The notes below the pieces were generated by a model, which was not told the origin of the DNA, did not search any database, and saw only the letters and a program-made list of their open reading frames with translations. Positions 40,419 through 52,393 of a DNA stretch of 64,000 bases are shown in pieces. The position numbers were made by a program, and so were the translations under genes. This DNA comes from Eledone cirrhosa (Eukaryota): NCBI GenBank assembly GCA_964016885.1, contig OZ024740.1, forward strand, positions 277,512,001 to 277,576,000, written 5' to 3'. The stretch's first letter is position 1. Every line of letters begins with the position of its first letter.

Positions 40419-41167
40419 ATTATTATAATAGTCAATTAGATTCAAGACGACTACATTTCAAATCTTAGTAATGTAATAAATATTTATTATTTTCTACTTT
40501 GGTATTGAACAATTTTACTTGTGATTATCCATCCAAATCCATGGCTCTATCTATCTCTCCCCATATCTTTCTATCTATATGTGTCTGTGTATGTGTAAAT
40601 CATAAGCTAACATAAGTACGACCGCTCTGCAGATCATTTGTTCCCTTAACACAAAACTAATATTATGGCTCAATCTCATATCTGAAGTTTAACGAGAGAT
40701 AAGCTTCAGTTATGAGTTCACGCGTGAGGTACTTTTAGAAATAGTGTTTGTAATTAAATGATGTAAGTCACGTAATATTTATCTGAAATATCTTAGAGAT
40801 TCGTACTCAGTTGATCAGCAGTGAATGGATTAATAGTTTCTTTTCTAATATCTATAGACACTTATTAAGAGTTTTGTTGCTATTGGCAAATATGACTTGA
40901 ATAACCAATGACAATACCTTACATTCTGCCAATTTCCTATTATATATGAAATAACTACAAAAATGTTTACAATGCTCCTAGACACAAAACCCAATCTTAA
41001 AACAGTTGCAGTCTTGTTAAATATTCCGCGACACATCATTATCAATTAGGGAAATGATAACTAAGAGGAAAAAAAACACGTGTATCTATATCGAGTTAAA
41101 ATAAGTTCTCTGCGGCTGTATTTGAAATCATTTCAAATTTCAACTTCCAGTATGAATGTTGATTCAA

Positions 41168-41248
<81 letters not shown>

Positions 41249-41250
<2 letters not shown>

Positions 41251-41749
41251 AAAGTTATATTTAAATTGTTGGGTTAACAACGAGTAAATATTTATAACTG
41301 ATATAAAAGCACTCAACAAGTATTTGGAGTATATTTATGATATTAAATAAATGGAAACTATATTTATAAAACCATATTTATTTCGTTGTATATATTTCAG
41401 GGATATCATATTAACAATATGTTATGCCATCTTCAGACAAAATACAATATAAACAGTCTTATAAATAAATAGATACGACATACCTTTCAATCACCTTGCA
41501 TTTGGGAGGTTGATTTGGCAGTAAAAAATATTGTGGACAGTTGTAAAAAGAAAGAGATAAAGAGAGAAAGAAAGAGAAACGAAGAAAAAGAAGAAATGCA
41601 TGTGACTAAATAGAGGGATATAGAAAGATAGATAAAGAGAAGAACTTCATGTAAAGAAACAGAGAGAAATATATATAGGGAGAGGAAAAAAGAAAGAGAT
41701 AGATAGAGATAGATAGAGAAATTAGGAAGTTGAGTATCGGTTGATACAT

Positions 41750-41780
<31 letters not shown>

Positions 41781-44589
41781 GCTCTAGTATTAAAGTAAAG
41801 AGAGATGTATGTAGTTAAGAGAGAAAATAGCCGTTATATAGAGAGAAAAAAGAGAAATGAAAAAGAGAAAATGAAACATAACCAGACATAAACGATGCAG
41901 AATTTAAAACCGCTATGTTTTATCTGTAGAAAATATTAGTTCGTATAAAACAGGCATTATAATGTAAGTACCAGTATTCATGAATGAGACATGTATCTAT
42001 AATGTGTGAAAAGTAATGATCTTATGTCTAGTTTTTAAAAAAAAATTCATGTTTATATCATAATTATAAACAAACTCCCAATTCACACGAAAACATTCTC
42101 ATTGTGCTATAAAAATTCAAGTATACATATATGTGTGTATATATACACATATATATATAGAGTCTATATTAATTAATTTTAACAATACTATTCTTGTCTT
42201 TATTCTACATGATTGTCGATCAAGCAGAAATAGAGAACAGATTTCAATATATTAATAAAAATAAAAATAAAAATATCAGAGACAAGAAAATAAATAAATA
42301 AACAGAAAACTAAAACATTTAATATTAAAAATAAAAAATAAAAAATATTACAAAATATTAAAAAATATTAAAAAATAATACAAATAAAACACAGAGATCA
42401 GCCTTTCAAAGTTAATTGACAATATATTGCCAAGATCATCATAAGCATCAGAGTCGAAACAGATAAAACAAAAATTGTTTACCAAATCCTGTCTAGCAGA
42501 AATCATTCCAAAAGTTTAGGATACCCATTTGGTCTACATATGTTCTTATATATAATATAGAAGTTTATCTAGTTTAAAATTTAATTCGATATATTTGGAG
42601 CATCAGCTTTTAAGGTAGTTTAATTATTCATGAAGAATGTTTTAATAAAAAGAATGTTTTAATAAAAAGAAGAAATCGAAAGATTTATCGGCTAGTTTCA
42701 TAAATAATTACAAATCAAATCAAAACAAACATAACTACATTTTAAATTTAAATTTATATTTAAACGTTGAGTTCAATCTATGTCTGCAGCAACTGAATAA
42801 ATTTGTCCGTAGATTAAGGGAATTTTTAGATTTTAGTATAAAGAATATCTCCTCCGCACAGAGGTCACATGTCTCAGAGGATGAATTAAAAGGAATCCCC
42901 CTTGAAACTATATTCCAAGTCGTCGAATATCTAACGTTATCATGCCTAAGTTGCCAGAGTACGCCTGATAGTGCTGTTGAAGATTTTTTGGATGGATCTG
43001 TGAAAGAATTCTTGTGGTTGTTATAGCGAAGTTTAAATTCCGTCGATGTAGAACCAACGTAGTTAAAAGAATTAACGTCCGTTTTAACATTACAGTTGTA
43101 TATTATATTTTTAACTAAGCAGTTGTTATTTAACGGACATTTAGATCTATCTCTACAGTTACATTTGTTAACTTGGATATTATTTATGCTATTATCGCTA
43201 GGTTTTAAGTTTCTGTTATTTATTCTATTAATATTTTGCGCTAAATTTTTGGTGGATGAGTAGGTTAGTTTTATAGTATGTCTATTGAAAATTGAGTGAT
43301 ACCTATGTGTTCTAGGGAAGCGATTATCGAGAGCTTTAAAAAATAGTTTAGCAATGTGGGTTTTAATGTTTAGTGAGAAAGGGGGGGCAAACCATATTAT
43401 ATTCCTAGTTCTATTTCTTTTATGGATTTTGGAATTATTGTAATGCTTTCTATTATAGTTGTTATGGTTGTGGCCATAATTAAAATAGTTGTTATTTTGT
43501 TTAATTTGTTTATCATTATCTATGTACATAATTTTATCACTATATCCTGCTCTAGCTAACGCTTCATTATAATGGGCTTTTTCGTCGAAAATCTTTTTAT
43601 TAGATGAGATTCTAGAGATACGTGATTGAACAGAGTTTACTATAGTATTTTTAACAGATTTGGGGTGGTTAGAGTTAAAGCTGACATAGTTTAAGTTTTC
43701 ATTCAAATTGTGAAATGGATAGTGGAGACATGTGTTGAGATTTAATGTTATATCTAGGAAGTTGACTATTCTATGGTTATTCTCAATTTCTATTTTTAGA
43801 TTAAAGTGATTAAAAAATTGTGTAATTTGTTTTCTTTTTCTATTTAATTCAGAGTTATTATTATCAATAAGTAAAAGCATGTCATCTCTATATAAACCTC
43901 CGGTAGTACCAGGTATTTTCCTATGCAGCGAATTGATTAAAAATAAGCCCACAAGGTCAGTTACCTGAGCTGAGTCGGATGATCCCATAGTAATGTCAAA
44001 ATTGTTATCTCTATCTGCTCGGGTCCATAGTTGGTCATTAAATTCTATCAATGTTTTCCTAGCCGATAATATAATGTGCATTTCATTGCTAGTTAGGTCT
44101 GTATGTTTGAATGCGTAATTTAGTGCCTTATTTAGTAGATTAGGGGTAATGGAAGAATAATAGTTAGCAATATCAAGTTGAATAAACTTATTATTATTGT
44201 TATATTTAATTTGCTTAAACCACTCAACAACCTCACCAGTTCCCTTCCACAAGCTCAGGTTAGGTAAACAACTCAAGTTTTTAATTTGCTGTATCACCCT
44301 GTCAAGAATGCATTTCTTCTTTTCATGCATTTCTTCTTTTTCTTCGTTTCTCTTTCTTTCTCTCTTTATCTCTTTCTTTTTACAACTGTCCACAATATTT
44401 TTTACTGCCAAATCAACCTCCCAAATGCAAGGTGATTGAAAGGTATGTCGTATCTATTTATTTATAAGACTGTTTATATTGTATTTTGTCTGAAGATGGC
44501 ATAACATATTGTTAATATGATATCCCTGAAATATATATAACGAAATAAATATGGTTTTATAAATATAGTTTCCATTTATTTAATATCAT
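41249..44589 (-). mobile_element. PLE family A two-arm insertion
   Basis: Tailed long arm 41249-44322, tailless inverted arm 44324-44589 with hammerhead 44482-44547. Confidence 0.93.
42735..44306 (-). CDS. 5'-truncated but uninterrupted PLE RT + GIY-YIG frame (Hydra-type by motif recall)
   Basis: FIQLDIANYYSSI, FDITMGSSDSAQVTDLVG, GGLYRDD, VNFLDITLNL, IIWFAPPFS, CNCR..CPL..C, YVGSTSTEFK, CDLC, CRH; the first ~33 aa of the called 558-aa ORF come from the inverted arm. Confidence 0.9.
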   Translation of the reverse strand, partial: LDRVIQQIKNLSCLPNLSLWKGTGEVVEWFKQIKYNNNNKFIQLDIANYYSSITPNLLNKALNYAFKHTDLTSNEMHIILSARKTLIEFNDQLWTRADRDNNFDITMGSSDSAQVTDLVGLFLINSLHRKIPGTTGGLYRDDMLLLIDNNNSELNRKRKQITQFFNHFNLKIEIENNHRIVNFLDITLNLNTCLHYPFHNLNENLNYVSFNSNHPKSVKNTIVNSVQSRISRISSNKKIFDEKAHYNEALARAGYSDKIMYIDNDKQIKQNNNYFNYGHNHNNYNRKHYNNSKIHKRNRTRNIIWFAPPFSLNIKTHIAKLFFKALDNRFPRTHRYHSIFNRHTIKLTYSSTKNLAQNINRINNRNLKPSDNSINNIQVNKCNCRDRSKCPLNNNCLVKNIIYNCNVKTDVNSFNYVGSTSTEFKLRYNNHKNSFTDPSKKSSTALSGVLWQLRHDNVRYSTTWNIVSRGIPFNSSSETCDLCAEEIFFILKSKNSLNLRTNLFSCCRHRLNSTFKYKFKFKM

Positions 44590-44607
44590 ATATATATATA
44601 TATATAT

Positions 44608-45268
44608 AAAATATAATTTCAGCGAGATCGTATTTCAGCTGTGGTAAAAAACAAAGCGAAACGCAATTTTCGAGATATGCGGCAAGCGCTCAATGGACTA
44701 AGAGAAGGCCAGAGCAATTAACATACGTTATAATGGCCAGACAAACGAAAAACGGCGGTCATGAAGCCATCCACCACCGGAGCCAAAATAACTAAGCAAG
44801 CTAAACAGGTTAACAAAAGAATTTAGCTGGACCTCCTGTGTGAGGTTTCTGTGACACCTAAATCAATTATACTGCCTGCTTTCATTGTAAGCTTTTGCTA
44901 TAACGATCGAACAAGGCTGCCATTTCGTCAACAAGTATTTTGTTCTCAGCCGGCGAGTGGGTTCCAATGCATTAGTAGTGTTGGAGGGATTACCCCACGT
45001 GTTTACCCTGCAGGGAGGTAACCCCGTGTTTTGGCGGATGGATTCAGAATGTGTAAAATGATTGCAAGAATTGCAAAAAACTGCACAAATCGAATTAAGC
45101 TCACGACCGGGTTGTTTTAAAATAAAGTTAAGCAATTAATTAGTCAATAGAATTGTCTAATAGAATTAACTAGTTAGTTGGTAGTACTAGGAGATTAGTA
45201 CAAATATAATTTCAGCGAGATCGTATTTCGGCTGTGGTCAAAAACAAAGCGAAACGCAATTTTCGATA
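44608..45268 (-). mobile_element. family G ORF-less element with ~65-bp terminal direct repeat
   Basis: AAATATAATTTCAGCGAGATCG...TTTTCGA at 44608 and 45202. Confidence 0.8.
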
Positions 45269-45276
45269 AATATATA

Positions 45277-45457
45277 TGGCGTCTACGGGACAAGAACTGT
45301 TTCATTCGAAGGAAATCACCAGGAAAGCTTTTCTGGTGATTTCCTTCGAATAAAACCGTTCTAATCCTGTAGTAGCCATTTCTATACTAAATATTTATAT
45401 TCAGCTATGTATTGAGTACCTTACTTACTGTGATTACCCCCGATTGAACCCAGGATA
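45277..45457. mobile_element. family C mini fold-back: two inverted hammerheads plus tail
   Basis: Arms meet at AAGCTT (about 45326-45331). Confidence 0.82.
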
Positions 45458-45759
45458 CACACACACACACACACACATACATATATATATATAGCTGTGT
45501 GTATGTGTGCGTGTGTGTCAAATTAAAATGTTGATGTAAAAAATCACAATATTCCCTTATATTGAAATAAGCGGAAGGAAGGAATTCTGGGCTGTTTATA
45601 ACACAGTAAAGAGAGAAACACACACACATATATATGTTCAAATCATTTTAATAGTTATTATGGTCAGTTTGCATATCTTAATAAAATGAGATCTGCGAAC
45701 CTTATTATCCTTAGTTAATATATTCGTCACCCTGGAGGTTTTATATCGCTGATGATTTG

Positions 45760-45838
<79 letters not shown>

Positions 45839-45875
45839 ACACACACATATACACACGCACACACATATACACAGG

Positions 45876-45970
<95 letters not shown>

Positions 45971-46470
45971 GGAAAGTTATATTTAAATTGTTGGGTTACA
46001 ACTAGTAAATATTTATAACTGATATAAAAGCACTCAACAAGTATTTGGAGTATATTTACGATATTAAATAAATGGAAACTATATTTATAAAACCCTATTT
46101 ATTTCATTATATATATTTCAGGGATTACAATATGTTAATGCCTTCTTCAGGGATAACTGCTTATCCAGGGATAACAATATGTTATGCCTTCTTCAGACAA
46201 AATACTTAGTTGCATGCATTTCTTCTTTTTCTTCGTTTTCTTTCTTTCTTTCCTTCTTTCTTTCTTTCTGTTTACAATTTTTCACTGCCAAATCAACTTT
46301 TCAAATACAAGTCGATGTTGAACGGTATGTCAAATCTATTTATTTATAAAACTGTCTATATTGTATTTTGTCTGAAGAAGGCATAACATATTGTTAATAT
46401 GATATCCCTGAAATATATATAATGAAATAAATATGGTTTTATAAATATAGTTTCCATTTATTTAATATCG
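45971..46470. mobile_element. family A mini two-arm insertion
   Basis: Tailed reverse arm 45971-46205, tailless forward arm 46206-46470. Confidence 0.88.
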
Positions 46471-46496
46471 TATATATATATATATATATATATATA

Positions 46497-47321
46497 TTAT
46501 GAAAGACGTAAAATAAGAAAATTATAAAAATTAACTTACTAAAATTTCACTCCAACTAATTAGTTTCTGAAAGGGAATAAACATGGTTTCCGAATGGAAC
46601 ATGGAGAATGCCTTTCGTCAACAGGAAGTCAATTCTCACCTAAGTTCCCAGGCGATGCGTGGACACAGGGAACTTATACAAAAATAATTCAGTTGATGGA
46701 AAAAACAAGCGATGACTAAATTCCAGGCCATTGAAAAAATCACTGCCTACTTGGTCGGTGGCAAATTCAAAAGAATCAATCACGTGACATCGAGGTGAAT
46801 CAGTGAGGAGTGGGGTGTTAAGAAGACAGTAGCCGGACTATTACTATGAACTATAGTAGTAGTTTTGGAAAATTTTTGCTCAACAAAATAATTTGGAGAT
46901 AATTATAAAGAATTAGTATATCTACCAACATATATATACAGATGCATACCTATGCTAGCAAATATATAGGTTTTGTCTTAGTAACTTTGTGGTTCAATGC
47001 AAGGGGATGCAGAACAATTATATGAAAGACGTAAAATAAGAAAATTATAAAAATTAACTTACTTACTAAAATGTCACTCCAACTAATTAATTTCTGAAAG
47101 GGAATAAACATGGTTTCCGAATGGAACATGGAGAATACCTTTCGTCATCAGGAAGTCAATTCTCAGTGTGTCCACGCATCGCCTGGGAACTTAGCTGAGA
47201 ATTGACTTCCTCCTGATGACGGAAGGTATTCTCCATGTTCCATTCGGAAACCATGTTTATTCCCTTTCAGAAACTAATTAGTTGGAGTGAAATTTTAGTA
47301 AGTAAGATAATTTTTATAATT
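46497..47321 (-). mobile_element. family I: 523-bp hammerhead tandem unit + inverted arm (retrozyme-like)
   Basis: GAAAGACGTAAAATAAG at 46501 and 47024; inversion at about 47166; hammerheads 46549-46629 (-), 47076-47156 (-), 47209-47288 (+). Confidence 0.82.
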
Positions 47322-47331
47322 ATATATATAT

Positions 47332-47900
47332 AGTTTTATTATAGATGAGATTATACAGTACTAGAACTGTTTCATTCTTTAGAAATCATCAGGAATCTGG
47401 CTTTCCAAAATAAATTTTGTGGTATTTATATCTTTTCAGGTGGTAGGAGAGGGTGTGGAGTGGGATGGGTGGAGGTCATTGGTTGAAAGAAAAGGGAATT
47501 CATTAAAAGCTAATTATTTAACAAACTCTCTGAACACTGCCCGAACTGCATGCACAAAAACTTTGCAGCTTTCAAATACCTTAAGCCAGTGTTAATGCCC
47601 GATGGTTAAAAACGACTTCCCCCCCTTTTTTTCTTTAAACGCCAGCCGATAAAATAGCCCCTCTATCTCCTTCCCACCCCACCCCTGCTCAACCTGAAAC
47701 ACGGCACTATGGTTATGTAAGTACCTCTTACCTATCTGCATTTTCTGCTTGTAGAGCTGTTTTTATGTGCCTGTGTATATGCGTATATTTATAAGTACAT
47801 GTTTGTATGTATTTGTATGAGTGGTCGTTCGTTTGTATGCATACCGCTGTGTGTACGTGCGTTCATATGTACCTGCATATGGGCATGTTTGTCTATGTTT
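47332..47900. mobile_element. family C tailless reverse arm joined to a PLE ORF end
   Basis: 47332-47519 matches 12720-12915 reversed; then NKLSEHCPNCMHKNF on the + strand. Confidence 0.65.
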
Positions 47901-47907
47901 GTGAGTT

Positions 47908-48100
<193 letters not shown>

Positions 48101-48162
48101 ATATATATATGTATGTATATATATATATATATGTATATGTATGTATATGTATATATATATAT

Positions 48163-48260
<98 letters not shown>

Positions 48261-48276
48261 CTCTCTATATATATAT

Positions 48277-49152
48277 ACTAGCTTTAAAGCCCGGCGTTGC
48301 TCGGGGTCAGTAAGTTACCAAAGTTATGTTGCACCACCCATTTTATGGCACCACTTTTTCGTCTGCCAGGCACTGGGTGAATGAATTGCAGACCTGGACT
48401 GCCGAAGCAGGAGCTGCGCCAGCAGTGACAATTGTAGTTTCGCCTATGGATATTGTCTCTGTGCAAAGAAGTGTTGAAATTTATTGTCCCACAGTACTTG
48501 CGCAACACGCGCGTAGACGATGCCAGCCGAACAACAGAGCTGCGATGGAGTTGTTCTGCATGGTTGTCTAATGTGTGTTTTCTAAATTCAAGACAGTAGG
48601 GAGGGGTGTGATATGGGGGAGAGTTTCTAGCAGGTTTAGTGACCACATAGAGGATATTATTGTGTATAGTAAATGAACTGATACTTCTTTCTTCCACGTT
48701 CGTTGATAGATATTTAAAAAAAGATTTATCGCTATTTTTTTTGTTGTTGAATAAATTTATCTGTTGCTCTTGAATAATTGTTGTTTCGTATGAAATGTAA
48801 TAAGTTCTCTTTGTCATTGAAGTAAATAAATGTTTGACCGTTCCACACTCAAAAACAAACGTTCTCTCTCTCTCTCACCCTCCCTCTCAATGTTTCTGTC
48901 TCTCTCTCTCTTAAAGTTTAAGGAGAGTAGAGAGAGGTGATCAGATTCTATTAGAGGGGTAAAGCGTCATGTATTTAGTTTTATCGATTATTTCCGTAAT
49001 TGTGGGTGAAGGTCAATGAAATACATAGTCGGTAACCTAAGTTACACCATTTACAACATTTTTAAAGATGTTGAATCGAATCGGTTTGAAATTGCGCAAA
49101 TGTATAAACATGGAACATGCACACACACACAACAACAACAATCTACCTTTTA
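48277..49152 (+). mobile_element. DINE-1/Helentron-like non-autonomous element
   Basis: 5' ACTAGC..CCCGGCGTTGCTCGGG hairpin, 3' (AC)n/(AAC)n then CTTTTAT; family call from terminal pattern only. Confidence 0.55.
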
Positions 49153-49160
49153 TCGATAAT

Positions 49161-49342
49161 TGTTTCTACTTTTGTCACAAGGCCAGCAATTAATCCAGTG
49201 CATTACTGGTACTTTATTTTATCGAGCCCGTAAGGATGAAAGGCAAAGTTAACCTCGGTGGGATTTGAACTCAGAATGGCAAGGGCCGTAACTCTATGCG
49301 TCAAAGCATGGCGTCCGACCCTCTACCGATATTGCCAATCCA
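49161..49342 (-). mobile_element. tRNA-derived SINE
   Basis: Reverse complement of the SINE family; GATAAT on both sides. Confidence 0.88.
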
Positions 49343-49349
49343 CAGATAA

Positions 49350-49403
<54 letters not shown>

Positions 49404-49405
<2 letters not shown>

Positions 49406-49519
49406 CGAAGGAAATGTGGTAGGGAACCAGGTGGACCATAACGCACCAAAGTACTCAATACTTGAGGTAGTAGAGTGGGTAATAGGAACCAGTAAGACCC
49501 CAATGGGGTCCTACTGGTT

Positions 49520-49524
<5 letters not shown>
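49404..49524. mobile_element. family B minimal two-arm insertion (121 bp)
   Basis: Tail plus ATAGGAACCAGTAAGACCCCA/TGGGGTCCTACTGGTTCCTAT hairpin between (TA)n tracts. Confidence 0.8.
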
Positions 49525-49582
<58 letters not shown>

Positions 49583-49603
49583 GTGTATATCATATATATA
49601 TAT

Positions 49604-49955
49604 ATTGGTAAACGGAATAGAAAATGCTGACAAATTGTTCACAGTTGAAAAATGGTTTAATTAGGAATAAAAGAGTATTAGTGATTGTATGGGTTAGTAT
49701 TCAGTTGTGGTTTTAAGTTTTTAAGTTTTTACTGGTTGCGCATTTCTAAATGCTTTTCAAAAATAATTTTGAGATTTAGAAATGCGCAACCGGTAAAAAC
49801 TTAAAAACTTAAAACCACAACTGAATACTAACCCATACAATCACTAATACTCTTTTATTCCTAATTAAACCATTTTTCAACTGTGAACAATTTGTCAGCA
49901 TTTTCTATTCCGTTTACCAATATATAATAATTTGTGTGTTACACCTCTATTCTTT

Positions 49956-49959
<4 letters not shown>
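49604..49959. mobile_element. F-like mini fold-back element
   Basis: About 148-bp near-perfect inverted arms turning inside a TTGAAAA hammerhead; ~35-nt tail on the right arm only. Confidence 0.8.
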
Positions 49960-49995
<36 letters not shown>

Positions 49996-50100
49996 CATGT
50001 ATATATATGTGTGTATGTATGTATATGTGTATATATAAATTCATAAAAACAATGAATAAAAACAAAGAAACAGTTCCTTATATTAAAAAATCTGTATATA

Positions 50101-50143
<43 letters not shown>

Positions 50144-50198
50144 ACATGTATGTTTGTGTGTGTGTATGTGGACCCCACAACATACCGTGGATATCTCT

Positions 50199-50251
<53 letters not shown>

Positions 50252-51660
50252 ATATTGACAAATGGAATCTATATTTATAAAACCATATTTATTTCATTAT
50301 ACATATTTTAAGGGCCACCAGAGCAAACTATGGTGCGCTTTCATGAGATAAAATATAATATACGTTAGTTTTATAAATAAATATTGTCATACCCTTAAAA
50401 AATGCAACCATTCTGGTTGTAATCTGATAGTGGCGTTATTAGATTTAATATTGGTTTATTAAGCAAATTAGTGTTTGAAAGGTTTAAAACAGTATATTTA
50501 AATTAAGCCGTTTGAATAGGGAAAATAGAAAAGAAAGAGAAAAAACGAAAGAAAGAAAGAGAGAAACCTGAGTATATTTTAGTGAGAGAGAATAGCGTAA
50601 TTTTGAGTGAAGAGGCGAAGAAATAAATATACCGTGGATGAATACCGTAAGATGGATAAATCAATAATAACAACTAATAACAGATACTAATAAAGATGGA
50701 TAAACAATAATAAAGTTAAGTTGAAGAATTTATCTAATGTTTAATTAATAATTTATCAATTCAATCCATAGTTTAATTGTTTAAATGTGTATGTTATATT
50801 ATTAAAGTTGAGACCTATATATTATTATTAGATAATATATATTATTTTAAAAAATTATATTATTATTAAAGAATATATATTATTAAAAACAGTAAATTTA
50901 AATTAAGCCATTGGAATAGGGAAAATGGAGAAAAGAAAGAGAAAAAACGAAAGAGAGAAACCTGAGTATATTTTAATGAGAGAGAATAGCGTAATTTTGT
51001 GGGAAGAGGCGAAGAAATAAATTTAGCGTGGATGAATACTAATAACAACCAATAACAGATACTAATAAAGATGGATAAAGCTAAATTGAAGAATTTATCT
51101 AATGTTTAATTAATATATTTGATTAAATGTTTAATTAATAATTTATCAATTCAATCTGTAGTTTAAATGTTTAAATGTGTATGTTATATTATTAAAGTTA
51201 AGACCTATATATTATTATTAAAGAATATATATTATTAAAAAATTATGTTATTATTATTACAAAACCAAATATAATTTCATTATTATTAATTAGTTAATTA
51301 TTTAAAAAAAAATGTTTAAGTTTAAAATATTCGAATATTTCTAAGCTCATGGAATTTCTGAGAGTTTACCGAAGAATAATCCCTTATTTGTAATAGCAGT
51401 ACAGAGTAAAGGAAATTGCTAGCGATTTAATAATAATTAAGATAGCTCTAAGGATTAAATGTTATAAAGTTAAGATGTTAAAAAATTTTAATTAACCATC
51501 TCAATAGTGTAATTAGAGCATGAATTTTATGTTATTTTATATCAAATTATAAATTCATAACTCCAACCTGTTATACAGTTATGACTGTTAAAAACATAAT
51601 TTTTTTCCTATAATGTGTTAACATTTAAAAATTCATTCATTGGGAATATATCCAAAGCAT

Positions 51661-52237
51661 CTATAAAATTAACTTATTCAACCACCAGTAATTTAGCGCA
51701 GAATATTAATAGAATTAATAATAGAAACTTAAAACCTAACCAGAATAGCATTAATAACCCCAGCAATATCCAACTGAATAATACGGCACATAGAAACTCA
51801 AATTTTGATAAATGTAACTGTAGAAATAAATCTAACTGTCCGTTAAATAACAATTGCTTAGTTAAAAATATAGTATATAATTGTAATGTAAATACTAATT
51901 TAAATTCATTTAATTATGTAGGGTCTACCTCCACAGATTTTAAGGCGCGTTTTAATAACCATAAATGCTCTTTTACGAATATAAATAAAACAATTTTCAA
52001 CTTCTCTATCTAATTTACTATGGGACCTAAAATCAAAGAACAGTAACTATTCTTTACTTTGGAATATTATCTCTAATGCTCCACCATTCAATGCTTCTTC
52101 TGAAAATTGCGCTCTTTGTATAGAGGAAATATTCTTTATATTAAAAAGTAAAAATTCTGTTAATTTAAGAAGCAATCTTTTCAGTTCTTGCAAACATAGA
52201 TTGAACTCAACGTTTAAATATATATATAAATTGTAAT
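51661..52237 (+). pseudogene. PLE linker + GIY-YIG, frameshifted
   Basis: IKLTYSTT, CNCRNKSNCPL, YVGSTSTDFKARFNNH, CALCIEE, CKH. Confidence 0.88.
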
Positions 52238-52393
52238 ACATAACTGATCATTATTTGGATTCCTTCATATGATTGCTTGTAACTATCTTGACAAGATTTT
52301 TTCTTGAGGAACTTTTCTTGATAAACACACTGAAAGATTTGAAGAGAGGTTTTTTCTGAAAATTCCTATGATGGGTACGAAGAATTCATAATT

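Noticed and set aside
34010-41170. Host exons in the apparently unique stretches (34010-34430, 36330-37400, 40420-41170)
   Set aside because: No recognisable coding or splice pattern; small exons cannot be excluded without RNA-seq.
48326-48571. [13 protein letters not shown] resembles a Rab GTPase helix
   Set aside because: No NKxD or other G-box motif follows; likely chance inside a repeat. A translated search would settle it.
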